Source of the DNA: Lama guanicoe
Taxonomy: Eukaryota
DNA length: 64,000 nucleotides
NCBI GenBank assembly: GCA_013239625.1
Contig: MU055886.1
Location: 1,178,001-1,242,000 of the forward strand
Reading direction: 5' to 3'
Below are positions 1 to 10,989 of the stretch, piece after piece. The notes beneath the pieces are model-generated. The model ran no database searches. It was given only the letters and a program-made list of their open reading frames with translations, and was not told the origin of the DNA. The translations under genes were made by a program, and so were the position numbers. Numbering within the stretch: the first letter of the stretch is position 1; every line of letters starts with the position of its first letter.

Positions 1-1389
1 AGGCAGAAGGCACTGCTTCAGCAGAGGTATAGAAGAGGAAAAACATAGACTGTGAATGAAAACCAGGAGTTGCTCAGTTTGGATGTCTGATGATGATTAA
101 TTTTATAGGTAGATGATTTCTTTGGTGATTTTTTTCTGTTTTTCTTTATGATAAATGTTGCTTCCCCTTCAACTTTGTAACTGTGAGCATTCCAATATAA
201 AATCCCAGATAGCAAGAACTTCCTCTGTATTAATTGTTAAAAACATGGATGTTCTCTCTTATATACAAGCAGGTAACTTGAAAGTTGTATTTTCTATCTC
301 TCAACACCACATAGTGAATTTATGAGCTAGGTTTCATTTATGTAGCAAATGATTTTTACCCCCATAAGAGTCAGTGGTTCTTTCTAAGGAAGGTCAAATA
401 GTGATGGGATAAGGTGTTTACTGTCCTTATAAACAACAGATGTGGAGGAGTAACAGCACCCTCCGCATTCTGCAGTTAAGGTCTTTTATTCTCATCCATT
501 TACCAAACACTGTCAGGAACTCTGCCTAATGCATTAGGACCCCACTTATCTGAAAATCACCTCTCTGTCATTTATAATAATCTCAAGTTTCAACAAGGAC
601 CAGGAAATATTTTTAAAAAACTGCTTCATGGAGCCAAAATGCAAGTGACAAGTCCAAGTACAAAGCCTCATGCATGTTATCCATCAAGGAGCTCCCTTAG
701 GAGCAAGGACAGGATTTCTTCTAGGCAAGAACATGGGTAATACTGAGAAGTGCTGGAAGACAGACCTGACAAGAGGGAAAAAGCAGAAAATTCTGAAAAT
801 TTATACTGAATAAAACCCATAGGTATTCCTGATTTAAAAAAAACTATAAAGCTCTGAAAGGAACTTTCTAAATATAATAAATAATATATTACACTGAAGG
901 GCAAAAATCAACATTTGCATTCTTTCATAAAAAGCAACAGAAAGGATACCTTAGACATTACTCCTATTTACTGTCGCAGGAAAAATGCCTAGAATAGTTA
1001 CCAGAGAAGGAAAAATGATGAGGAATAATAAGCATAGGAAATGGAAAAGTACTACCTTTTATTTTCCAAACAGATGATGATCTACATCTAGAAAATGATC
1101 ACAAAGAGAATTACTAGTGCTTAAAAAAATAAACTTAGTGGAGTTGCAGGATAAACACACAAAACATAGCCACAAAAAGCATCCAACAGTTCATTAAAAA
1201 CAGAGTAGCTGAATGTGTATTAGGTGTTAGGCGCTCTTAATGAGCTGATGCAATAAAGAAAGACACGTGTAAAACTGATGCTGGATTTTTGTTTGGGAAG
1301 ATTACATGAAAAGAAGTCCTGAACAAAAATACAGATTTGATGGAAATCCAGATTAAAAAAACAAAAACTTGGTAATAGCAGCAGTAACA

Positions 1390-1580
1390 ACAACAATAAC
1401 CATTAATGGCATTTACTGAGCACTAACCATGTACCGGGGGGTGATCTCACTTACTTTCATAGCTCACTTGACCCTCATAACAAACCTGTGAGACAGGGGT
1501 GATTATTGCCCCTATTTTATAGATGAGGCTGAATCTTGCTTTGAGAGACTTTAACTTGCTTAAAGTCACATAGCTGGGGA
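1390..1580 (-). mobile_element. MIR SINE fragment
   Basis: MIR core in reverse: catttactgagcact ... ccctattttatagatgagg ... ttaacttgcttaaagtcacatagct. Confidence 0.75.
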
Positions 1581-1636
1581 GGGAGTTTCAAAGTGGGGAG
1601 ATTTTCTTCGAAGGTAATGTAGTACCACTTCTGGAG

Positions 1637-1890
1637 CAGTGCTGATCAAATGAAGGATAATACAAGCCACATTTGTAAGCGTAAGTTTTCTAACAGCCAC
1701 CTGAAAACTGGGGTGGAGGAGGGGGAAGCAAGTGATTTTTAATACATTTTTATTTAACCCAGTGTATCCAAAATACTATCCTTTCAACATGTAATCAATA
1801 AAAATAAAAATCATTGATGAGATATTTTGCACCCTTTTTTTCATATTAAGTCTTCAAAATCCAGCGTGTATTTTATACTTTCAAAATGTA
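1637..1890. mobile_element. MER33-like hAT-Charlie DNA transposon relic (3'-truncated)
   Basis: tttatttaacccagtgtatccaaaatactatcctttcaacatgtaatcaata ... tcatattaagtcttcaaaatccagcgtgtatttta closely follows the recalled MER33 consensus. Confidence 0.75.
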
Positions 1891-1938
1891 TCAAGTGAAT
1901 TAAGTCAGAGAAAGGCAAATACCACTTCTCCTTCCAGT

Positions 1939-2048
1939 GGGGAGGATATAGCTCAGTGGTAGAGTGCCTGCTTAGCATGCATGAGGTCCTGCGTTAAATC
2001 CCTAGTACCTCCAAAAATAACCAAAAACCAAAAAACAAAACAAAAAAA
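1939..2048 (+). mobile_element. tRNA-Ala-derived camelid SINE (vic-1 type), short form
   Basis: ggggaggatatagctcagtggtagagtgcctgcttagcatgcatgaggtcctgcgttaaatccctagtacctcc plus A-rich tail; TSD-like cttccag on both flanks. Confidence 0.85.
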
Positions 2049-2799
2049 CTCTTCCAGAGCATCTTCTAAACTGTGGTTCAAACTCCTTCCTAAGGAAGAA
2101 TTCAGATTATTCTGCCCCAACAGCTCCCCATTACCCTCAGGATAAGAAGTTTAACTCCTCAACCTTATCCTCATGGCCTTATGTCTTTAGGTCTCAGGCC
2201 CTGGCCAACATTCTCCACCACTCCCCTTCCCAGGCCTTCACACCAGCCTAATGTTACCTGCTGCACCAGTTTTACATCTGGACCTCGGTTCATGCAGCTG
2301 CCTCACAGGAAAATATGAGGCCGATCAAAGCCTAGCTCAAGTGCCACCTCTTCCAAAAAGCCTTCTCTGATTTCCAAGCCAGATACAAGTTCTCTCATCT
2401 CTGAGCTCCGACTCTCTCTTATGGCTCAGAGCACCTCAGCCTTCAGTAATAGCTATCTGATTCCATGTACCACCGCCTCTAATAGACTGTAAATTCTTGG
2501 AATGCAGGACCCATTTTTATCCACCTTTGTATTTCTCAGAGTGCTGAGTGAAGCGCTTTGCCCACTGAAAGCATCTGTGCTTATTAGGTGAATACATGAG
2601 TAATATGCTGTATAAAGGGAGCATGATATAAATTAGCACCTCTAATATGATTAGCAAAGGTGGAAAATGTATATATAACCACTAATAAATAGCAGACGAT
2701 TTGCATATTTGAATGTAAGTAAGAGTTCAATGTTTGCCATTTGTCAAGTTTGCTTAATTTGATATGCAGCTCAGCCTTATGACCATCATCCTAATCAGG

Positions 2800-3600
2800 A
2801 CCATCTTCTCCATGTCCCAGAGCTCAGTAAATTGTATTGGAAGATAATGCTCAGTTTCTCAAGCCAGACTCCTGGGAGTCATCCTTGACTTTACCCTGCT
2901 CTCACCCCTAATATCCTATCAGTCACTACTCCAGAAGATCTCCAAAGATGTCCGTTTCTCTCTCTCTCCATGGCCACCATTCAATTTCAGGACCCCGCCT
3001 CCTGTCCTGAAGACAGATTTCTGCAACAGTCTCCTACCTGGTCTCCCCACTTTTCATTCTTATCTCACCTGAATGATTCTCCATCCAGCAGCCAGACTGA
3101 TTTCATAAACACAACCCTGCTCACATGTCTGCCCTGACTGAATGACCTAATCCCAAATCCTTACCATGGCTTAATACACCCCTGCCCACTACTCTAGCCT
3201 CTACAACCAAGACATTCGTTCTCTCAGTATTTTTGTTCTAGCCAAACAAGTCTCCTTTGAGTGCTTCAAGTACACAAGCTCTTCCCTATGCTGGGAATAT
3301 CCCCCAATCCCTGACATTCACACTCTCTAGAGATTTCCCAAAACACCCAACCATACGCTTTACCTGCCCAAGTCCACTCTATCTTCTGGTTTTGGCAGAC
3401 ATCTCTCTGTCTCTCTGATGAACACACCCACAAAACCTATGCATCCCTTTTTGAAATATACATCGTATTTGTAATGACCAGTGTGAAGTCTCTTACCCTC
3501 TCTAGACTAAAGCTCATATGGCAAAAAACACGTCTTTCTTGCCCCGTGTGCTGAACTCAAAGCTAGGCACAGAGTAAGGCTTCACAAGTGTTTGGAGAAC
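2800..3600 (+). mobile_element. L2 LINE 3' region relic
   Basis: Typical L2 motifs: gagtcatccttgact, ctgcaacagtctcctacctggtctccc, ccagcagccagactgat, ctagactaaagctc ... ggcacagagtaagg. Confidence 0.65.
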
Positions 3601-4820
3601 AAAAGAGAAACACAAACCTTACCCATGGTTAAGACAGAGCCCACGTGGATGCTTTTCAAATGGGTAGGCTTCATTTGTCTGACTTGTCCATCTGGAAGGG
3701 TTTGTTCCTCAACAGTGGTAGACAAATGAGGCCCCACTGTGTTGACTAATCTCTGGACAGTGTCAGCAGCTTTGGCCCAAAGTCTGGATTTGACATTTTC
3801 CCCAAAGGCCACATTTCAGCTTTTGTTTGGAAAAGGATTGCTTAAGAACAGGAGGCCTCTCCTCACAAAGAATGTTCAATATTTGACAAGGAACTGAAGG
3901 GAATGATCTCTGTAGCAAAATTTCCTCCTCTGTAGAATCTTATAAATATCAAACTAAGCGCTGACAATCCAAAAACCTATGTCTGCTGCCTTTGTAATGG
4001 TTTCAAATCACAAATCTCAGGTCGTTCCTTTGACTTTACATTGGCTCAGTATAAGACCTGTGGCTACACTAATGGAATTTCTGTCAGATAACTGGATCAA
4101 GCCTAAGGTAGAACTAAGAAAAATGTTAAATTTATCATGAAAATAGCCTTGCATAGACTAATTCTATATTTTATGGGTCATAAGTTCATATTGAGATTAA
4201 TAACGTTGAAAAAGAAAAATACCAGATGGAGATAGATTATGCTTCATTCTTTGGCTTTTTATCTGCTCTTTGATAGGCTGGAAAATATATTTTTGCTTCT
4301 ATCTTGTAACAACAAAGAATTCACTTTTGCGTTCCAGCAGGATGTGGAGAAACTATTTTGAATCTATGTTTAAACACTGTATTATGTTTAGCTTGAGTGA
4401 TTTTAAAAGCTAAAGTCTGATATAAGCTGGATTTTTAATCTAAAGTTTATTCAATGAAAGAAGAAATAGAAGTGGCAGTCTGTACCAGAAAGAAATGTAT
4501 CATGTAGTCATAATCACAGGACTACGGTCGTGGCTGTGACAGTCTCTAGGGGACCATTGAATGTGCATATTGTGAGCAGAGCACTATAGGGCGAAGGCCT
4601 ACGGTTGAAAGGAGGAGAAATCATTCCATTATTACTTTAAAAAGGAGGTTTAGAAGACAATGGCAACTCTGCGGATGCAGTGAAGGAGGCTTCTAACCTG
4701 TTCTCCTCAAATCTTTCCACTTTTGCCCACCAGTTGAAAAGCAATAAAATAACTGGTACCAGAAATGGTCTTTTTAGATCATTAGGAGTATTAGAAAGAT
4801 CAAAATACCATTCCTATTAA

Positions 4821-4891
4821 TTTTTTTTTATTTTTTAATCAAAGTATAGTCAGTTTACAATGTTGCGTCAATTTTTGATGTATGGCATAAT
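4821..4891 (-). mobile_element. Extremely 5'-truncated L1 3' tip with poly(A), same family as 22459-22928
   Basis: Reverse complement of the 22865-22928 tail (aaagtatagtcagtttacaatgttg); flanked by TSD cattcctat at 4809 and 4892. Confidence 0.8.
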
Positions 4892-5589
4892 CATTCCTAT
4901 AATTAGTAAACAGAGTATTTATGGTTGAAATAAACAAGTCAATTTAGAAAGAGTGTAAAATCAATAGCGAGGGCTTCTGACACCGAGATGCCATGATGCA
5001 TGTGTGTGGGCATGTGCACAGTGTGCATAGGTATGCCTATGAGTACATCTATGGGTGTGTGCACGTGTGTGCAGACATGTGCATGTGTGCTCATTAGTAT
5101 TAAGAGTCAAGATAAATTGAAAGAAATCTTTCTAAGCCCTTTAAAACCAAGCACCAAGAAGAAGGCATCAAATTCATTAAGCTCTTTATGTTTCTTTAAA
5201 TCTTGCTCTATAAAACCAACACTTCCAGATTAAGAATAAGAGAATTCAGTAAATCTTATGTAGAACTGTTTTAATAACACAATAAAATCATTATAAAGTT
5301 CAAATGGAAGAATAGGCAGGTAAGAGTGAAAAAATGGAAAATGAAGAGTAATAAAAGTCTAGTTTAATAGATAATAAATGTAGTTTTAATACAAATGTTT
5401 TAAAACAGGCAATTAGATCAATGGAATAAAATAGCTAGACTAGGAAGAGATACAATTTCTCACTCACAGACATATGAATTTCATATACGATCAAAGAAGG
5501 GTTGTAAGTCAGTGAAGAAAGAGGAAAGCTCACAGTTAATGGTAATGCAAATAGTACTTATTATTTTGGAAAAAATCAAGTTAGAGTTA

Positions 5590-5830
5590 TAGTATATTTA
5601 TATTTATATTATATTGTATATAATATATTATCTATATAGTATATTGTCTATATAATATTATATTTAATTATATATTATACTTAATTATATATATCATATT
5701 GTATGTATTATATTATATTCACATATAACAAAATATTATAATATATTATAATGTGTTTATATTAAATATTAAATATAAAATATCTTAAACTATCAAATTG
5801 AAAATTAATTAATTTAATTAATTACTAAGT
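5590..5830. repeat. AT-rich low-complexity / degenerate (TA)n
   Basis: Almost exclusively TATAT/ATATT units. Confidence 0.85.
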
Positions 5831-8094
5831 GAGGATTTTCTAAGCTTAGAATCAATCAATCACCAAGAGAATAAAAATAGAAACTTGTAGGAGAGAAAAA
5901 AAGGTATAATTAAGTGAGAAAGTATTCTATAACGTGTCTTTGTCATTTTATCACCTCCCTAGTTATACAAAGCTGTTAAGAAGATGACAATTTAGCTCCA
6001 AGCAAAATGGTTAAAAATTAGTTCATAACATAATGTCACTTTGTTGCAATTTTTATTAAGTAGTTTGCATTACATACTTTATACAGAAATTCAAAACATG
6101 TCACAGAGACCATTTGGGGAGTTAGCTATTTCTAAAAGAGCGCTGATATTGTAAATGTTATTTTTATACTGGAATGCAAAATTAAGTGGTGAGAGAGTAG
6201 TCATTTTAATAATCTGAGTAATGTTGCATTTCTACAATTAGAGGTTATCACTAGGCTTGTAACCTACCTAAGCGCACGCACACACACAAGCACATTCAAA
6301 CTGAGAACCATTATCTGAATTTGGCTAGTGATTATAGCAATAACCACCCACTGAAAATTTATTTAAAATTCAAGAAATCAAAGCAACTTTGAAAGTTGAC
6401 ACTCCTCCCCAGAAAAACACCCATTTTAGATGCATTATAAAGCTCTAACATTACCCAGGTTCATAAAAGTTATCAATATGTTTAACAACGTTTGGAAATG
6501 AAAATCATCATTTTTGACTACTTGGCTCCTATACAATTCAATTCCTGTCACAGATAAAATTTAACTTTTATGTAAAAAATGACAATTACAAGTAAAGTAA
6601 GTATAGCTGGCTGAAGTGACTGGAAGCTCTTAACAGTCTAAAGAAACATAATAGGATTGCTAAAAGATGCATGTAAAATTCTATGACTGCAGATTAACTT
6701 CATGTTTCCTTTTTTCTGGACTATAGAAAAACATTTCAATGTACTTCTTTCATTTCTTGACCTGGCTATCAGGGAACTCAGAGACAATGCTGGTACTTAA
6801 ATGCTAAATCCTACATCTAATTTTTGGCAACCTATTTACAGAATTTCAAGAGAGAAGCTAGATATTAGAGAGTTCTAAGGTCAAATGTTCAGGCAATGTC
6901 AAGTTAAAGTTACACGGATCTCTTTTCTGCAGGACTTCTCAGAGCCTTGAATGTGCTAAAGTGCACTGAGTCATCAAGAGTGGGTGGGTAGGAGTGGGAC
7001 ATCGGCTGCATCACTTCCTAAACTTATCTGGCCATGGAGCCTTTTTAGTAGAGCAGCATCACACAGGACTAGGTTTTACAGAACCCATTTTAGAAAACAA
7101 TGTACCTAGAAGTTTTCCCATTCATTTCCCAAGAACTACCCAATCACTTGCAATCTCCTGGAACTCAATCACCTCTGGGCTATGAGATGAGGCCGATATC
7201 TGAGCTCATAGAGCCTGTGGTCTAGAAGAAAAAGGGATGTGCTGAAATGTAAGCGGAACACACCAAAAGAAGCACAGTGCCGATGTTACAAACCAAATAC
7301 TATGGGATCTCTTGGGAGAGGTTAATTCTGACTGTGGGCTGAGGAACACTTCATAGATGATTGAGCGTTTCAGCCAGAATTTGAACCATGCGTGGGTTCT
7401 GGACACATGGAGATGGAAAGGAAGTGATCTGGCACAGGAACCCAGTCTGGGGGTTGAGAGTGGAAGAGGGGTGCTTATAATAGCAGTGAGTAGGTCATTT
7501 TAGGGGGAGTCTGTTGTGAATGAGGCAAAACAGTAAGACAAATAGCTGTAAAGGATTGTGGGTCAATCGTGGAAAGCCTTAAATGTCAAACAAAAATGTT
7601 TCAACTCATCCTATAAGAGAGGAGGACCCATCAAAGGTTTTGGAGCAGGGAGTGGGGATGGTCCTAAACAAGTCATTCTCGGAGCCTCGGGTTTTCAACT
7701 GTAAAATGGGGCTAATTCTCCCAGCCTTGTCTTATCGCAATATGTGAGGATCGGAGCACTTGTCTGCAGGGCAGTGCAACCCTGAGCAAGGTTTATTGCT
7801 CAGCAGTAGAACAGCTATTTCCAGTTCCTTCAGAAGAATGTGTGTCTCAGAAACACCTGACATGTGATATTTCATCTCTGCGTCAGGGCCAGACGGGAAA
7901 TCTGAGATGGAAAATGAGTGCTTCACAACAAAACATAATTTAAGTTCTCTTGTAGCAGTCAAATCAGATCTGTATTTGATTTCATTTCATTTTGTTTAGA
8001 ATGAAACAGGGACTGTAAGGAACAGCTGCTGGAAACAAAGACAGGGAAAGAGTATAAACAGCAGATTGCCTGACATCGAGTACTAAGACAAGGG

Positions 8095-8300
8095 GTTGTG
8101 TGAGACAGAGAGAGACTGAGAGAGAAAGCATATGTGAGGTGTGTTCAAAAGAGTATATGTGTGAGTGTGTGTTCCAGAGAGCGTACAAGCTCACGTGTGC
8201 AAGTATGTGGGTACGAGTTTGTGTGTATAAGTCTGTGTGTGAATGTGTGTATCTCTGTAAAGCATGTATGACTTTGGTGTGAGTGTGTCTGTGTGTCTGT
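8095..8300. repeat. Degenerate (TG)n/(GA)n simple repeat (CA-rich on the FRMPD1 transcript)
   Basis: gtgtgagacagagagagactgagagaga ... tgtgtgagtgtgtg ... gtgtgagtgtgtctgtgtgtctgtg. Confidence 0.85.
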
Positions 8301-8505
8301 GGGCGCCCACTGAAGGACGCAGAGGGAGGAACTGGAAGGGGACAGAGATAAAGGCACTCCAGCAAAACTGCTGACCCATTTACACTTCTCCCATCACAGG
8401 TTGTAAGAACAGTGATCCCCAGGCATTGCCAAGACTGCAAAATCTCCTCCCACGGGGACACTGAACCCTTGCAGCCAGAAATCCCTGCCAGCCCAGGAGC
8501 CTTAC

Positions 8506-8606
8506 CGGGCCGAGCTGTCCCGGGAGCGCCGGAGCCATCTTGCCACCATTTGTTCTATTCTGTGTGCTTTCCGTGTCTGGAATAAACTGCTCTCCAGCTC
8601 TTCCAT
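8506..8606 (-). CDS. FRMPD1: FERM and PDZ domain-containing protein 1, first coding segment (exon 2; 33 codons + 2 nt, phase-2 donor)
   Basis: Reverse strand reads ctcttcttccttttag|GTAA ATG GAA GAG CTG GAG AGC ... GAC AGC TCG GCC CG|gtaagg, which translates to MEELESSLFQTRKAHRIEQMVARWLRRSRDSSA(R). This matches the recalled human FRMPD1 N-terminus (MEELETSLFQTRKAHRIEQMVARWLRRSRDSSAR). Canonical AG at 8612-8611 and GT at 8505-8504. Too short to appear in the ORF track. Confidence 0.95.
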
Positions 8607-8610
8607 TTAC
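8506..8610 (-). other. FRMPD1: FRMPD1 exon 2 (105 nt; 4 nt 5'UTR + 101 nt CDS)
   Basis: Polypyrimidine tract plus TAG acceptor ending at 8611; CCG|GTAAGG donor. Confidence 0.92.
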
Positions 8611-9209
8611 CTAAAAGGAAGAAGAGTTCTTTTAAGAAGCTTACCAAAATATTTATTTGGAAGAGCATTCTGACAAATCACTATGATGCTGCCTGTATTT
8701 GCCAATTTTAGGATAAGCTGATCAAATAACTAGGTCTCTCTTTCTATCTGAAATTAACATAAACAGGTGCTCAGTGTCCATAGAGGGAACAACTATAGCA
8801 GCCTGCTGCCTGAAGGAGTCCACAGTCTTGTGGCAAAAAGACTGGCTTTATGCCTTAAATGGTTAAACATAGGATTAGGGAATGAAATAGATAAGGCTTC
8901 TCAAACTGTGACTGTGACCCACTGGCAGAGACACCCCTTGCTGCGTGATACTGCCCCCCCGCCCCACCCCCCGCAACTATGTGCACATCCCTGGATAGCA
9001 AAGCTCAGCTTTGCCTGCATCAGGAACCACATGGACATGGAAGCATTCTCATCACACTGTGCCTGTTCTTCTGAGTGCTGCTTCTCTTGTTCAATGTCTT
9101 ATGTCTAATTTTTTGAATAGGTAATTCTAATTTTTGAATAGGTAATTTTGAATTTGTATAATCAAAACCCTAGACTGTAAAAAAAAAAGAAAGAAAAAGG
9201 ATATACAGT

Positions 9210-9285
9210 TACTGTATTGTGCACTTACAAATTGTTAAGAGGGAAGATCTCATGTTAAGTGTGTTCTTACCATAATTTAAAAAAT
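9210..9285 (+). mobile_element. Short L1MA/L1MB-type 3' end insertion
   Basis: actgtattgtgcactt ... ttaagagggaagatctcatgttaagtgtgttcttaccata plus A tail; TSD gatatacagt at 9200-9209 and 9286-9295. Confidence 0.7.
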
Positions 9286-10224
9286 GATATACAGTGAAAG
9301 GTCTTTCCTCTAAATTTACCTGTCCCTATCTACCTACTTCCCTCATGCATACAGAATCATCTCTCTCCTTCTTGAGATATTTGTCTTTCCAGAGTTTTTG
9401 TATGTCTATACAAACAAATGCAAATATTTTATATACCTTCTTCTTAATACAAAGGACAGCACATCATACACACTCTTCTGCACCAGGCTTTCTTCTCCCT
9501 AGTATATATACCCTTGATATCTTTCCACATAAATACATAGAATGCCTCTTTATTCTGTTTGACAACTACTGAGTATTACACTATATGAATGTACTGTAAT
9601 TTAAAAAATAGTCCTCCCTTGATTGACATTTGATAGCCAATCTTTTGCTATTACAAATAATACTGCAGTGAGTTATGCAGCACATGTATCAATTCTGCAT
9701 ATACGCAATTATATATTTGGATAAGCTTCCAGGCATTGAATCTCTAGGTCAGAACTTCAATGCATTTGTGCTTTGAAAGATATTATCAGGTTACCAAGAA
9801 AAACAGTATATGTGTTTGAGATTAAAATTTCATAAAATAATTTATATTTTTCTATTCTAGTCTATTTCACTTCTAAAAATACTGTTCTCAATTCACCAAA
9901 TTAACTTCACAGCCTAAAAAATAATGACACAAAATAAGACATGACATTGGCAAATAGCCATGGATACAGAGAAAATAAAAAAGAATTATAAGAGATTATG
10001 TTGTTTAACATTACACAAACACATTTGAAAACCTGAAGGATATGGATGGGTTTCAAGGAAAATATAAGTAAGATGACCCTAGAAGATGTAGAAAATCCAA
10101 AAAGACAATTACCATAGAAGAGAAAATTATTAAACAGCTACCCCCTGCCTCAAAAAATTCCAGGTACAGATAGGTTCAAAGATAAATTCTCACAAATTTA
10201 TAAGATGAAGCCCACCCAGACAAT

Positions 10225-10492
10225 TTTTGTTTTAAATATAAACTTTTAATTTTTGAATAATTTTAGGTGTATAAAAAGGTTACAAAGATAATACAGAGAG
10301 TTCCAGTATACCGTCCATCCAGCTTTCCTTGATAGCATGTTACAAAATCATTGTACCCTTGTCAAAACTAAGAAATTAACACTGGTACAGTCATACTAGC
10401 TAAACTGCAAATTTTATTCAGATTTCATCAGTTCTTCCACTAATGCTCTTTTCTGTTCCAGGATCCAATCCAGGATATCGTGTTGCTCTTAG
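10225..10492 (-). mobile_element. L1MC-type 3' end nested in an older L1 ORF2 relic (about 9930-10710, +)
   Basis: ttttgaataattttagg ... caaagataatacagagagttcc ... gtcaaaactaagaaattaacactggtaca ... ctgttccaggatccaatccaggat. Confidence 0.65.
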
Positions 10493-10989
10493 CCAGCTTA
10501 GTTTATTTCCCCCCAATGCTATTTCAGCTGTTCTAGAGCATAAAGAAGGAAAGCTTCCAAATTCTTTTCAGCCAGTATAACACTGATACTGATTCTGGTA
10601 AAAATAATACAGTAAAGCAGAGATACAATCTCTCTTATGAATGTCAAAATAAATATCCCAAATAAAATATTAGCAAATAGAATCTATCAGTAATCAACAG
10701 AATAACAGGGAGATCTATACTACAGTGCGCTAACCATTTTCATACAAAAATGAAAGCTGGGCACCCAAACTCATCACTTTGGAAAACTAGAGACTTAAGT
10801 TTTTCATCAAATGGCAGCCACATACAAATTAATGGGTGTAAAACATAGGCTTCAACCAAAAATAAATTCTATTTAGATCAAGGGATGTGTCAGTCTAGCT
10901 TTTTTCTATCATGGGAACAGTAGGCCTGAACACTGTCTTCAGTTCTACATGGCTCACTTTTTAAAACTATAAAAATGAGGGAGAGTAGA

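Larger units (their letters stand above)
1..8505 (-). other. FRMPD1: FRMPD1 intron 2 (partial; continues beyond the window start)
   Basis: Follows the exon 2 donor; no continuation of the protein (AKVAAADG.../PDZ domain) was seen in 1-8505. Confidence 0.8.

Noticed and set aside
1939-2012. tRNA-Ala-like sequences here and at 17066, 23290 and 52693
   Set aside because: Mismatched stems, A-rich tails and target-site duplications identify them as SINEs, not tRNA genes.
7982-8461. 159-aa His/Thr-rich ORF next to exon 2
   Set aside because: Product of the CA/TG simple repeat; intronic.
8636-8648. Strong donor-like TTG|GTAAGC just upstream of the exon 2 acceptor (minus strand)
   Set aside because: Only 34 nt from the AG, too short for a mammalian intron, and there is no evidence for an upstream exon.
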